Numbered from the stretch's first letter, positions 10,726-24,091 are shown. The stretch: 34,479 nucleotides of DNA from Toensbergia leucococca (GCA_022813965.1 JALDZS010000230.1:1-34479), one strand, 5' to 3'. Notes: generated by a model not told the origin, from the sequence alone. Translations and numbers: made by a program.

Positions 10726-13700
10726 CTACTGGTATTTACGTAGCTAAGAATACAATTAGTAAAAACTCATTGTAAGAGGAAAAGAAAGAAGATCAAAGAA
10801 CAAGAAGAGAAAGAACTCACATCCAACGTCAGCGCCTTGCTACTGTTCGCCCCCTGATCGCGATAAATCCCCACCAACGCCTCACTGGCCTGAAACAAAC
10901 CCGTCTTCAAACTAATCACAATAAATTGCATCCCAGGCCCGGCGTGCTCGCGGATATAATTCGCAATCTTCGCCACATTGGCATTATCCAACGCAGCGTC
11001 CACTTCGTCGAGGACAAAGAAAGGGGAAGGTTGGTAGCTGTGCACGGCGAAGAGGAGGGCGAGGGCGGCCATTGTCTTCTCGCCGCCGGAAAGGTGTTCC
11101 ATGTCGCGGAAACGTTTGAGGGGCGGCATGGCGTGGTATTTGATGCCCGAGAGGTAGGGCTCGTCTTCTTCTTCGACGTCGAGGTAGCTGTTTGTTTTCG
11201 AAGAGAGGGAAAATTAGTTAGGGATTTGGCTTTTTGAAAGAGGGGAGAGGTGGAGATGGGATTGATTGCTTACGCTTGGCCACCCATTGGAAGAGCAGAG
11301 CTTCGGGTAAGATCTCTATAGATTGGACCAATCTGTTCGGAGATGTGGGAGAAGGCTTTCTTGAAGAGCTCGTTGCGTTGGTCGCGGATATCTTCAAAGT
11401 CTTCTTTTGCTTTCTTGGCGCGGCGACGAGCGTCTTCGAATTCTTTTTCCGTGGTCTTGAGCCTGCTTTCTACGCCCTCGAGGCGTTCGAGCACGCGCAT
11501 GTTTGGAGCCATCTTATCGAGCTCGCTACTTAGGTTGCTGATCTTCTTTTGCAGCTCGTCGTCTAATCTGTCATCGGAATTCTAGGTCGATAGTCAGTGA
11601 ACCATGGCCTTGAAAGCATCATTGGCGTATGGTCTTGGGAAATCCGTGCTCACCTCTTTGAGATCTTCGTCAAGATCGTCGAAATCGATCTCTATGCCGT
11701 AATCCTGAACTACCGTCGGTTGAAAGCTACTCGAATCGGGGTCCTCATCTACATCCATGGCATCCGGATCGCCTTGCAGGATATCATTGATAGGTAATTT
11801 ATCGAGCCCTCTTGAGCCCTCGTGGAGTGGTATGCTAATATCCTCAAGCTTACAGCGTCTCAAAAGAGCGTATCTGCCAGCAGCATTGACCTGCGTCTCT
11901 GCTTCTAATCCAGCGACAACCTTTACTACTCCATCGACATTCTTGCTCCTTTTCTGGACCTCTCGACGCTGCTCGGTGACTTTCTCTGCTTTCTTAGCTA
12001 AAGTAGCCTTTTGCTGAGCTAGCTGCTCTTTCAACTGCTCGAGTTCAGTGTTGAGGCTGTCGAGATCGTTTCGTGTGCTTCCCTGCTCCGCTTGTAACTC
12101 GGCAATCAGGGACTGATCCTGCCGAGAGCTATCTTCCAAAGTTTTGATACGCTTCTTAGTCTCTTGCAACTGCTGTTGCTCGTAGCTGATTCTGTTTTCA
12201 AGACGGCTCTTTTGGGTAGTAAATTCAAGTTTCTTCTGAGCGCCCTCTTGCTGCAGGGAACCTTGCTGGGCTTCATAGACTCGAATATTCTCGTATCTTA
12301 GGCGTTGGCAAAAATCCGAGAAAATCTCGTCTTCAACCTCGCCAACAGCATCACGGTACTCTTTTACACTTGCCTTGAGCTCTTCGAGTTCTTGCAGCTT
12401 CTCCTCGTATGTCGGCTTTGCCCCATTTAATTCTCCCTGCGCATGAGACAACTCCTTTTGCTTGCTGCTTTGGTTCCGTTCATATGCCTTGACTTCGTCT
12501 TTTGCATACGCAAGCTTTTGCTCGAGTCCAGTTAAATCACCTTGCAGGGTTTCCTCATCGTAAGCACTACGTCGAACATCAGGAAACGCAGCTCTAGTAG
12601 CTAACAGCTTATCTGCCAGCTTTCGTAGATTTTCCATCTCGGTATCTTCCCAACGCCTAGCATTTTGCTCGCGCCCTCGACCACCGGTCATGTTCCCACC
12701 TTTATGAACCACCCCGCCGTCCAAGGTGACGGCCTTTGCTTCAACACCTTTCTCATAGACAACGTGTTTGGCAATCGATAAATCATCGCATACTATACTG
12801 TTTCCACATGCGTAAGACATTGCACGTTCGAGAGTACTGTCATATTCGATGGTGTCAATAGCCATTCGAGTTCCTCGGTGCATCCCCTTGAGACTGGAGT
12901 TGACTGCTTTCCATTGAATTGTGTCAAGAGGTATGAAGGTAGCTTGACCTCTTCGTTGATCTCGCAAATACTGGATACAGTCTTTGGCGGTCTTCTCATT
13001 ATCAACGACGACAGCGTCAAAATGTCGGCCAAGCACAGTACTGACAGCTTCCGCATATTTTTTCTGCTTCGGTTTGCATAGTTCGCCCACTCGGCCTTTT
13101 ACACCAGGGAATATGCGTTTCAAATCGGCAACGGTAGCCTTCAGGCGAAGTTCCTTTTCATTCTGTTTCCTGCCGTCCTCGCCTTCCGCAATTTTGTTGA
13201 GGACCTCTTGAAGCTGTTCGTCGTTCTCGATTCTTTTCTGTGATGCCTTAAGTCGTTCCGATGTGACGCTATTGAGATTCTTCTTCTTGCTATCGATGTC
13301 TTTTGATATCTGCATAATTTGGTTGTTGATGTTACCCTTGCGTTCTTCGACCTCGTCGATCTCGGTCTCCAATTTGTCGATCTGCCATTCAGCTGCAGTC
13401 ACCTTGCTCTTCAAGCTATTGACAGTTTCTTCATCTGCCTTCTGCTGACGAGACATGTTGTCAACTTTGACTTGATCGGCAGAAGTACGCGCATTTACGT
13501 CCTCTTTAAGCCGATTGTACTGTTGGACATCTGCTTCAGTCAACTCTCGACCCTCCTGATTAGCCAGCTTCTTCCACTCGCTTTCCCACTGCGCCTGAGC
13601 TTTCTCTACCACTTTCAGATCTTTAGTCGAGTGTTTGACGCTGTCCGACTGGCCATCTCTCTCTTTTGCGATTTCATTAATCCGAGCATCGTACTTCTTG

Positions 13701-14857
13701 AGCTTCTTGTTGGTGATATCAATCTTTTCAGCGATGGGAACGAGTCCATTCTCTTTCTCCTCGATATCTTTTTCTTTCTTTTTGATGTTTCTCTCGACCT
13801 TACTTACATCCCTTCCGACTTTGGCTTGATCCTTCTTTGCCTCATCCAGATTGTGTTCATACTTTTCGATGCCGCGCTTATGCTCCTTTAGTTCCTCCTG
13901 ATGCTTTTGGATCTCGGCCCCAGATTCCTCTATCACACGCTGAAAGTGAAAGAGTTTCCAAAGAATATGAGTCACCACGGCATCATCTCTTTCACTGGCC
14001 TTCTTTGCATAATTTTCAGCCTCAAGTTTTTGTTCTTGATACTGCTTGATCTCCGAATTGATGCCCCTTCGTCGATTTAGATTGTGATTCTGATGCTCCA
14101 ACGCCTCATCTTGAGCGACTTTAAGTCCTTCATACTCGGCTTTGTATTCGAGACTTCCCGAAATCTGCTCAATAAGTCGTGTAAGATCGCGAGGGGACTG
14201 AGAGGCAATAGCTTCCACATCTCCTTGGAACACAAGGAAATTGCGGGCTTTGATCAGGATATTTTCAGCTTCTAAAGCTTCGTTGTATTGATGAGCCGTC
14301 ACCACGCGATCGTTGATACGGTATTCACTAGTACCCTGATTCGTTATTGTGCGCTTCCAGAACTGTTCGTCCCCAGCATCGTCCTCATAAACAGCCGTTA
14401 CCCAAGCGCTCTTCGGATCATGGCGTTCCTGGGAACCGTGTTGAGTGTCATCATCGTCATTCCCTGCTTCTCCGTTCCCATGACCATTAGCGCCATTCCG
14501 AGTCGATGAACCGTCTCCGTTCACTGTAGATGTTCGTAGGACTCGACCTCGATAAACAAGGTCTCGTAGATGCGACGAACGTAGATGTGACGACTTGATT
14601 CCGAGGACGAAGGAAATGGCGTCCATTCTAACAATTTGTCAGTTAAAAAGGTGGAATCTAATCATAAATTAGAGCTTACGAGTTCGACTTTCCTGAGCCA
14701 TTTGGGCCAATGATTGAAGTAAAGTAAGAGTCGCCCAGTAGCAGCACATGTCTGCCCTTGTAAGATTTAAAATCTGCAAGTCCAGTCAGTGCATGAGAGC
14801 TAATTGTATCTACCTTGAAGACATACTGTGAAGCTCGAGGCGTATGAGTTTCCCCAT
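10726..14857 (-). CDS. SMC1: Cohesin subunit SMC1; exons 14857-14827, 14773-14680, 14627-11654, 11581-11274, 11187-10821, 10743-10726
   Basis: MGKLIRLELHNFKSYKG, Walker A IGPNGSGKSNSMDAISFVLG, ARNFLVFQGDVE, hinge (FPGVKGR..ATFIPLD..AVTLDG), long coiled coils, PPLKRFRDMEHLSGGEK, Walker B FFVLDEVDAALD, C-terminus LTLDLRKYQ*. Confidence 0.97.
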
Positions 14858-14992
14858 TGTCGCGAAAAGAACAAGGCCTAGCCGTGGATGAGACTTCGTC
14901 TGGAGATCAATACTTTTATACCCTTTGTATCGAAAATGAGTATTAGAACCTCAGCTGAGTGAGTAGATGGTCGACGTCCCACGGTCAGTTTG

Positions 14993-15038
14993 ACGCGCCT
15001 TGGTGGTGGAAGTCGCGTAGCCAAGAAAAAGTGCGCGT
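14993..15038. promoter_or_regulatory. Three MCB-like ACGCG cores upstream of SMC1
   Basis: ACGCG at 14993-14997, CGCGT at 15014-15018 and 15034-15038, about 135-180 bp upstream of the SMC1 ATG. MBF/MCB control of cohesin genes is established in yeasts; function here is inferred. Confidence 0.5.
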
Positions 15039-15469
15039 TACGGGGTGTGCGGATTTAAAGTATTTTAACCGTGCGCCTGCGATCAGGCCACCGTAGAATA
15101 ACGGTGCAAGCAGCCAACCATCATTCTTGACTGCACCACGGACATACGTTCATCACCACACGCCTTTACCCATCCGCCCTCTTACACCTAATACACTGCA
15201 CCTGATACTCTAATCCCTCCCGAACTACGATAGACAAAATGGGTCTTATCTCGGCACCTCGTATATAGCCTACTAATCGGCCCCTCGGCCTCAAAGTGAG
15301 TCTGTCGAGTCTTCGCTTCCTGATTTATATCACCCTACATTCCATACGTGTCAACTCACACACTCTGCTCCTCATGGTAGTCCTCGCTCTGCAACGTTTC
15401 GGGACGAGGTCCAGCTCATTTCAGGCCAGGCACCCTGAGCTGGCCACATTTCGACAACACGCACGCAAC

Positions 15470-17125
15470 ATGTCGGACCCGGCAGGTAGACCACGTCCCA
15501 ATTCCGACCTGATCCTTCCCAATGACAATCTCTCTCCCGAAATGGCAAGGACTCCGACCAACGGCTCTGCAACATCCTCCAACAGCGAATCTCCACCTTC
15601 AGGCATCAAGACGCCAAATGCTTCATCTTCACCCCCAACTCCTACCATCCTATCGCGAAACGCCTCTTTCTCCAATAGTAGTTCATACCAAGAAGACTGG
15701 GAATTTTTTCCTCCGTTAGAGCGTCTTACAGTCTTTGACCTGTTAGACAACATCTCCTTACCATCACGGCTGGAAAAGTGGCAGAGCACACTTTCCGCCC
15801 AAAAGGATAGAGTCCGAAGGCAGCGCGAAAAGATAAAGTCGACAAGTCTCAATGCGAAAGACCGAGTGGTTGAGGAATGGAGGCGGCGATTACCCCCTCC
15901 AGATGAACAGCTTGACAAGTATAGAAGACGAATGAGAGAGTCAGTCGATCGCCTTGGCACAAGATGGAATGACACGAAATCCGTCTCCCTTCGCGCAAAG
16001 GTGGCATTCATTGCCGGAGTGCTCAACATCTTCATCAGCGGTTACTTGATTGGGGCACGCCCAGAGTTTTTCCACTACTGGTTCACTTCACAGCTTATGT
16101 ATCTTGGACCCATCCGATACTATACATACCATAAGAGGGGCTATCATTACTTCTTGGCAGATTTGTGCTACTTTGTCAACTTTCTGCTGCTGATGGCCAT
16201 TTGGGCTGCTCCTCGATCGAAGAGATTGTTTATCAGTACATATTGTTTAGCTTATGGAAACAACGCAGTAGCTATAGCAATGTGGAGGAACTCGATGGTG
16301 TTCCATTCTATGGATAAGGTCACAAGGTAAGCTTCACTGCAATCATGGACCATCAGCTTTACTAAAATCCAAAGTCTGTTCATACACATCATGCCACCAG
16401 TTACCCTGCACTGCATGGTCCACTTGACGACGCCAGAGTTCCAAAAAGAACGATTCCCGGCAGTCTATGCTATCAAGCACAGCGATCCAAACAGCAAGGA
16501 GCATTACTCATTACTGGCCATGATCTGCTGGGCCACGGTGCCTTACACCTTATGGCAGGTTTCCTACCATTTTCTCATTACCGTACGCCGACGCGAGAAG
16601 ATTGCGGCTGGGAGGCCGACGAGCTTCACATGGCTGCGTCAATCATATTCGAAGACGTGGATTGGACGGCTTGTTCTTGCCCTTCCTGAGCAACTGCAAG
16701 GAACGGCGTTCATGTTCGTGCAGTACTTATATGCTCTCAGCACCATGATACCTTGCCCTCTATGGTTTTGGTACCGGTGGGCCAGTGCCAGCTTCCTCAT
16801 GGCAGTTTTCATCTGGAGTATCTACAACGGAGCGACGTATTACATTGATGTGTTTGGAACTAGATTCCAGAATGAACTCGAACAGCTGAAAAAGGACGTT
16901 CTGAAGTGGCAGACGAATTCAGAAGCGGTACTTAGTCCGTTGCTAACTCCAAAGGCGGAGGCCCCAATAAGTACACCTCTTGCTAGAAGTGTGGGAGAAG
17001 CAGGGGCTATCGACAAGCACATGCGGAGTGCAAGCTTTGACCATATTCCACTACTTGATCCAAAGGATGCAGATTCGACTGGCATGGACGGCGGGAGTAC
17101 CGATGTTGTTCGTGAAAGGAAATAG
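15470..17125 (+). CDS. GPC1: Glycerophosphocholine acyltransferase Gpc1 / DUF2838 family membrane protein; exons 15470-16326, 16375-17125
   Basis: Motifs GYHYFLADLCYFVN, AIAMWRNSMVFHSMDKVTSLFIHIMPP (joined across the intron GTAAGC..AAAG), GRPTSFTWL, NGATYYIDVFG. Several TM segments. The start codon choice is inferred. Confidence 0.85.
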
Positions 17126-17463
17126 ATTGCGCTAAGGTCTGATAGCTGGTAGAGGGACGGGTAGAGTAGGTGTCTAGATGTCACGATATGGTATGTCTTG
17201 TAGCAAGGAGTCAGGGGCGTCGAGTCAGATTGAGGGATGGAGTGTATTCTGAAGGGTGATGAAAGGCAGTAATCATCGGGGCACGTCGATGTTTGGGTTG
17301 TGCACTTTAATATACCCAGGTAAGACTAAACTCTTTTACGGACCGCTGAAATTGGCATGTTGGAAATTGCGAGAGGCAATCGTTTCAATCAACAGAATTT
17401 TCAAATAGAGACACGGTGACCTGTACCCCGGATGTCCCACGAGAATGCCTTGTCGATCGTGAG

Positions 17464-17706
17464 TGACGTCAAGAAGCTACCCGTACTCCGTACTTCATCA
17501 CAAATCATGAGAAATGAAAAATGGAGACCTTTAACGTCGCCGAAGTCTTTAAATCTCATCAAACAAAGCAGCAGGGCATGTAATCAATACGGCGAAATCT
17601 GTGCCTATGTAAACAGCCACCCATGAGGGTAGCAGGTCAACGACGACGGCGAACGGGATGATGACTCGGAGAATTGTGAGTTCGCCCAAGGGTGACTCAT
17701 GAGTCA
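17464..17706. promoter_or_regulatory. bZIP sites at the DCR2-like gene: CRE TGACGTCA (17464-17471) and palindromic double AP-1/Gcn4 site TGACTCATGAGTCA (17693-17706, in intron 1)
   Basis: Exact consensus matches read from the sequence; function untested. Confidence 0.45.
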
Positions 17707-19366
17707 ACTAACATATTCTTCGTGACAGGTCCGCACCAGTATCCAGCTCGGCATTCTCACCTTCGTAATACTAGTCTTCGTCTTCCTGCTCGACAGCCGC
17801 TATCGTGTTCTCCCGGATGCAATTCACAACCACCTCCCTGCCCACCATCCCGGCCTAGTCATCACTGACATAACCCTTGCAACCTGCTCAAGTGTCAACA
17901 TCCTCTCCAGCTGCAAACTTGACCCTGAGAAATGGCACCGCGTGGAGAAAGATCTCTACCTTTCTCGTGGCTGGCTTAGTCACGCCTACATCCATATCGA
18001 ACGCAAGCGTGAAGAAGAGTTGGCCGATGCTGATCGCGTTATTATTGATGTTCGTGTCGGCCGCCTGGATCCAGCGACCTCGGAGAAAGATCAGGGTGCT
18101 GAACGCTGGGAATCTCGTCCGGGGGGGATATGGCTTAAACGTACCTCGAAGAGACATGCATCAGATTCCGTCAAAGCAGTAACGGCAGTCGACGTTCTCT
18201 TTGGAGCTGATGCCGTTGAACCAAGACTCGGCTGGGAAATCAAGGACCAGCCTCTCCTTCTTCCCAACTCTGGAGATATCCAAGAAGCCCGCCTCAGTGT
18301 CCGCACAGGGCCGCCTCCAAAGGTCGAAAGGCCCGTCCCTCGAGTCGGTGGTAACGGCAAATTCAAGATCATGCAAGTTGCAGATCTGCATCTCTCTACC
18401 GGCCTCGGCGTCTGCAGAGATCCTGAGCCCGCCTCCCACAACGGCGGCCACTGCGACGCCGACCCCCGCACTCTCGATTTTGTCGGCGCGGCACTCGACA
18501 GCGAAAAGCCTGACCTAGTTGTCCTATCCGGCGATCAGATCAACGGCGAAACATCACCGGACGCCCAATCCGCGGTCTTCAAGTTTGCTGAACTCTTCAT
18601 CAGCAGAAGCATCCCCTACGCCACTATCTTCGGCAATCACGATGACGAGGGCTCCCTATCCCGCGAAGCCCTCATGCTGCTCACTGAATCCCTCCCATTT
18701 TCCCTTTCACAGTCTGGCCCCGCCACCATTGACGGCGTCGGAAACTACTACATCGAGATCCTCGCGCGAGGCACCTCGCACCACTCAGCACTAACCCTCT
18801 ATCTTCTGGACACACATGGCTACAGCCCCGACGAGCGGCAATACCGCGGCTACGATTGGATCAAGAAATCCCAAATCGACTGGTTCAAATCCACCGCGCA
18901 GAAGCTCAAGCGCAGCCCCGCCCACAAGGACTACAACAAACAACACATGGACATGGCCTTTATCCACATCCCGCTTCCTGAATACCGCAACACGGCCGAC
19001 ATTGTACAAGCGAGCGGCTCCTTCAAAGAGAACCCAACTGCTCCCGGCTTCAATTCCGGCTTCAAGGACGCCCTCGTCGAAGAAGGCGTTTTGGCCGTCT
19101 CCTGCGGCCACGACCACGTCAACGACTACTGCGCTCTTGCGCGATCCGATGAAGTGGAGCGGAGGCCGGAGCTGTGGATGTGCTACGCTGGCGGCAGTGG
19201 CTTTGGGGGGTATGGTGGCTATGGGGGATATCAGAGGCGGGTGCGGTTGTTTGAGTTTGATATGAATGAGGCGAGGGTTGTGACGTGGAAGAGGGTGGAA
19301 GCCGGGATTGAGGGGAGGGTGGATGAGGTTATTATTGTTGATGGGGGGAGGGTTGTTGCTGGGTAG
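17658..19366 (+). CDS. DCR2: Calcineurin-like metallophosphoesterase, Dcr2/Sia1 family; exons 17658-17675, 17729-19366
   Basis: N-terminal signal/anchor MMTRRIVRTSIQLGILTFVILVFVFLLD. Motifs FKIMQVADLH, LVVLSGDQ, FGNHDDE, AFIHIPLPEY, SCGHDHVND, GGSGFGGYGGY. Confidence 0.85.
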
Positions 19367-19940
19367 GGCTTTTGTTGCCGGGGTGGGGGAAGGCAGATTG
19401 TTTGGAGTAGAGGCGAGTGAGAGTCCGATGAGAACTAAATACCCTTTTGTTTGATTTGATATGATTGTTGTTATTGGAGCGCATTGGAAGGAAGCTTTTG
19501 CTTTTTTTTTAAAAAAAAAGAAAACATCTATCTTGGACTGGGGGGGACTGACTACTCCTTTGCGTTATTTTGAGGTTGTATCCCTTACTCTGCATCTGCG
19601 AGGATACGCATCGTGTTTCTTTCCCGAATTCGGGCCTCGGTGAGGGAAAAAGGCAGGTACATAGGTAACGATAAGGGTCTTCCGTTTCAGGGGCTGGCCT
19701 GATTGGAATCCAGACAATTGAAGTGTCACTCGTCCAGAAGAGAGTGGGGGGTGAGGTGAACGAGTCCACTCTCCACCCCCTAGAAGATCCCCTTCACGAA
19801 ACAAGCTCTGAAGGACAGCCCCCGATAATTACCAAATTGAAAAATAATAGTTCGGTTCTGGTATACCTACATTTCCACCCCCCGGCCCCTGCCCCCCCTC
19901 GATTTTTTCCCCTGCCAACCCAGTCCTCGAAATACTGTAC

Positions 19941-22019
19941 TCATTCCTCCGCCTCCGCTTCCTCTTCCCTCACAGCCACGCCTCCACCATCCCTCTTCCC
20001 TTCCTCGCCCTCCCCGCGCTGTTGCTGACCCGCTTCCTCCGGCCGTATAGGCGCAGGAGCGACAACGGGGGGTTTGAAAAAGGGCTCGTCATCGTCGTCG
20101 GCGTCGAGTTGCATTAAAAATGTTTCCCAGAGCTCGATCAACTGATTGTGGTGGAGAAAAGAAGACCATTAGTGGAGAAGGAGGGGCGGCAAGGATTGGG
20201 AGTTGGGAAAGAGGGGACATGTTGAGGAGGGAAGGTGGGGTTGAGAGGATATGCAGCATACCTCTTTCTGCGCCTCGACGGCGCCTTCCAAAAATGTTTC
20301 GACGCCGCTCTTGAAATCTTCTACTTTCTCCTTCTCGAAACGTTCCAATTCCCCGCGCATCAAGCGGCCCATGTCCTCGAAGAGTAACCTCGCTTGATGG
20401 CATCTTCGCTCGCCCTCCCCAACATCGGCCTGCAATTGATTCAGACGATCTTGCTGAGTTTTTCCCGACCTCAAGACTTTCTCCTGGGTGGATTTACGTT
20501 TGGCCAATTCGGCCTCGGCGCCATGCCAGGCGTGAAAGGACTTTTGGCGCTGGCTGAAGGCAAGTTTGATGGAGGCAATTAGGCGGATGTATTCGTCGAC
20601 GGTGATACCAAGGGTGAGGACGTCTTGTTGGGCTTGACGTTCGTAGAGCTCCCGAATGCGAAGTTGGAGGTCCGATAAGCCTTCGAGGGGCCCAGACAGT
20701 GATGCGGAGAGCTCGACGGTGGAGAGGGCGTGGAGGGAAGCAGAAAAATCTCCAGCTGCTTCGGCGAGAGCTTTCCGTTGCAGCACCACTGTGTCGATAG
20801 CTTTGAGGAGAGCTTTGAGCTGATTTTCGAGAGCGTCAAGGTAGATCTTGCGGTCTTGAAACCAGTCGTCGTGCTCGATGAACTTGCCGCCGCCGCCGGC
20901 GCCGAAACCGATGGAGCTGAACATACCTTTACTTTCGCCAAGGCCAGGTTCGCGGTGTTCACGATGTTTGACGTCGACGTTGAATGCTTCACTTTCGAGA
21001 AATATCTTGAGGTCGCTGTCGTGTTGGAGAATGTGATGAGCAGCTGTTTTGTTGAGCATTCTTTCTAGTGCCGATCGTCGTGATTCAACAAAGCTGCTAT
21101 CAAAACGACCAACTGCTTGCTTTTCAGGAGGTGGAGGGACAACAACACCGGGATTGTTTGTGTGTAACGAATTGTAAAGCCATAAGAAATCCCGGTAACG
21201 ACGACTAACAGAAAACTCGGGTTGTTTATAAGCTTTTGAAGATGTCTGAATTTATTGTTTAGCAGCTGGACCCAAGAGTAAGAAGTTTAGTTTTGGGATC
21301 TTGGCTACCTTCGTCCGCACTTGATAGAGAATATGGCTGCTCGTCAAGTCTCCAACCTTGTGAGGATCCCCCACTAAAATGTCAAAGCTTGGTTTTGCAG
21401 CCTGCTCAATAGATACACTCGGTTGTGTCTGCCTCCGTGAGTTTTCTGCGCCACTAGGCGGTGGCTGTACTGGAGGTGGAAACCTTGCTCTTGAAGCTGC
21501 AGATTCGCTATCGTCCTCCAAATCCACGGAATCCATCATACTCCTGCTCATCGGAGATTGTGAAGGAGGGGGCACATGGCGGGTATTTCGGATTGGTAAA
21601 GGTTGCTCTTTCGAAGGTGGAGCTGGGGGTAATTCGGGTTCGGAAAGGTTTGAGCTTTCGCCCAAAGGGCCAAGGGGTCCAAGAGAGTCATCGATAGCTT
21701 CTAATCGGGTTGCCTGAGCGCCTGCCCGGCGCGGGGTGCGTGGTGTTCTTCCTGCGGAGGATTTTGGGGTGGAGGAATCTTCGAGCACCGGGATTGGCGA
21801 TGGTTTGGAGTTCTCTTGTAAATCTGCTTTTTTACGTAAGCTGTTTGAATAGCCCGGCGCTACCACCAAACATACCCTGCCCTTCTGTTTCGCCAGCTTT
21901 AGGGAGGTTGGCAGTCGAGCTCGAGCGAGATGGTACATCTAGTTATGTGTATCAGTCCTAGGCGTAAAGCAGTGGAACAGCGGTAGCATACCGCCCCATG
22001 GTGAATCTTCAGTGTCCAT
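19941..22019 (-). CDS. VPS5: Retromer sorting nexin Vps5 (PX-BAR); exons 22019-21992, 21938-21876, 21823-21309, 21245-20262, 20141-19941
   Basis: MDTEDSPWGD, VGDPHKVGDLTSSHILYQVRTKTSS, PX motif VSRRYRDFLWLY..PGVVVPPPPEKQAVGRFD, BAR region ending FKSGVETFLEGAVEAQKELIELWETFL. Confidence 0.93.
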
Positions 22020-23479
22020 GGCGGTCAAGTTCCTTGGGCTGTCGAATATGTCTAGGCTTCGGACTGTGATGGTAGACCATTGAGGGCTTTGAAGTGGTTT
22101 GCTTTGAAGGTCGGCATCATTTGTATTCTCTGCACCGAGATCCAGCGCTAGCCCTTTTGAGCGGCACATTGTGGAGACGAGGCAGGTCAGCAAATTCAAA
22201 TTCGGCGCTTTGAAACCATATCTGATCCAAGCACGAAGTGAATAGTGAATGAGATGAGTGACGCTTTTCTCAAATTTACACTGGCGCTTGAAATTTCTCC
22301 CTTTGCTCCAATGGAAAGAATTGTGCTACAGAGCAACGAGTCCAACTTCATTTTATAAACTCATCTGAAAGATTGATCGAACACCGAGACTCAATACACA
22401 TACTTATATCCTCATTATCAAACTATATCTATCTGCATTAAACGCTATGAAATAGTAAAATTTCGAGGTAAAGGCCATCCCGTTCATTGCCAAAGCCGGC
22501 AGCACTTGCAGTCTACTTTACTCAACTAGGCTATCTCCATTTCCAACAAACTCGACATGAAGTGCATGATCCCCTCCTAAATTGATCTAGTGCAGGCTGT
22601 ATACAGCTTTTGTCGGAAAAGAGGATGTGTATGATCAGGACGAACTGAGCGCGCCCAAAATACGAAAAAAGGGGGTTCAATTGGAAAAGGAGGGTAGGAT
22701 AACGTCGGGTGACGCTATCTATTCATGCTAGTCTCAAGATCTGAATTGTCTTGATTGTATTTGATTGAAAGGGCAGCGAGCGATTCCTTGGCAGTAATTA
22801 ATCAGCAACATAAAGGACTCATCAGCAACCAATGTAGAATTAATCCTTTTCCTCTTTAGCTGTTTGTTGAGCAAGACTCGCAGACTGCATGGATGAGAAA
22901 TCCCTGCCAACACGGAAAAGATCGAACGAATAAAATTTTCTCAACCTTTATTTGCACTCAACGAGTAACGAGTTGAACGCACGCTTTTTTTTGTCATTTG
23001 CTTAATATCAAGCACTTATGTCCCTTCGTAACCCAATGCTTAGAGGCAAGTCCTTCTCGATATCTCGAGGTACACAAAATAGGTAGTGATTTATCGGCGT
23101 TATAGGTTACCTCCCCGAGACTCTTATCTGGGGAATGTTTCCGCTGGTTTTCTATTTTCTTTATGTGCATTGCGCAACTACAAGTCTGATATCCCAAAAA
23201 CAGTTGCTCAATGTTCGTAGGCAACCCAAGCCGGGATTCGCACCGTACTGGTAAGGTAAAAACGGCCTGTCTCAGATCAATCCTTTGCTGAGGACAGATC
23301 AATCCGAAAGACTTATGAACCACTTTTACCAGTACTGGCGTGACCACGAACGAGTTGGTTTCGAGTGCACCATACCCATTGATACTCATCTGCAAAGATG
23401 GAGGCGAATAATTCGCAACAAGCTTAGCGAGAAGGTGGTAGATCGAAGGTTCCTTTGAATTTGTGTTGCTGACGGTTTT

Positions 23480-24091
23480 CTAGGAAGCAACCGGAAAGAC
23501 CCCATCATGCTCCATGTCGACGTCTTCATTTTCTTTGTCTCGCCTTTCTTCAAGCCTGGATACCATTTCTCGAGCCTTTGACCAAAGCTCAGCTTCCATT
23601 TCTTTCCCTACCTTGTCATTTCTGCTGTTGAGCCACCCCACATCAAAATTCCCTAGCCCGCTACCAATCCTAGCAGCTTTTTCTCCAGCCACTGCGGAAT
23701 TTACATTTGTCTGCGAATCCTTCGATGCTACATCAGCAGTAATGATGTCTGCTTCCTCAAGAGCATAGATTTGGCGTCGTAAGTTCACGTCAATAGATGA
23801 CAAAAGTGAGAAATATTGAGACGTGGCATCAATGAAGGCTGGTTTCTGCTTCTCCATCAATGAAGATGTATGAGACTGTGAATCTGATGTTTCTGTTGTG
23901 AGAGACTTGATGGCTAAGCCAGCAAAGCGTAAGAGATTGGTGACATCCTGAAGAAAATGAGCACGTCTTGACTTGATCAGTGTGATGTATGGGCTTGCGG
24001 GATCGCATACTTTATCGATATCATTGAGTGCTTTGATGCGATCACTGGCGCTTGGAGCTGTCCATGATGAATGTGATGGTAATGACGCCAT
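23480..24091 (-). CDS. MED11: Mediator subunit Med11; exons 24091-24011, 23947-23480
   Basis: RIKALNDIDK|DVTNLLRFAGLAIKSL, SIDVNLRRQIYALEEADII, GLGNFDVGWLNSRNDKVGKEMEAELW match fungal Med11. The 63-nt intron is GTATGC..TTCAG. Confidence 0.85.
   Translation of the reverse strand: MASLPSHSSWTAPSASDRIKALNDIDKVCDPASPYITLIKSRRAHFLQDVTNLLRFAGLAIKSLTTETSDSQSHTSSLMEKQKPAFIDATSQYFSLLSSIDVNLRRQIYALEEADIITADVASKDSQTNVNSAVAGEKAARIGSGLGNFDVGWLNSRNDKVGKEMEAELWSKAREMVSRLEERRDKENEDVDMEHDGVFPVAS

Noticed and set aside
11597..14509. Multiple + strand ORFs antisense to SMC1 (and similar antisense ORFs in TAF5, GPC1 and DCR2)
   Set aside because: Shadow ORFs caused by the codon bias of the real genes.
22200..23400. 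133-aa ORF 22994-23395 or hidden ncRNA in the VPS5-MED11 gap
   Set aside because: No ATG start, no recognisable domain or RNA motif. Consistent with promoter plus 3'UTR.
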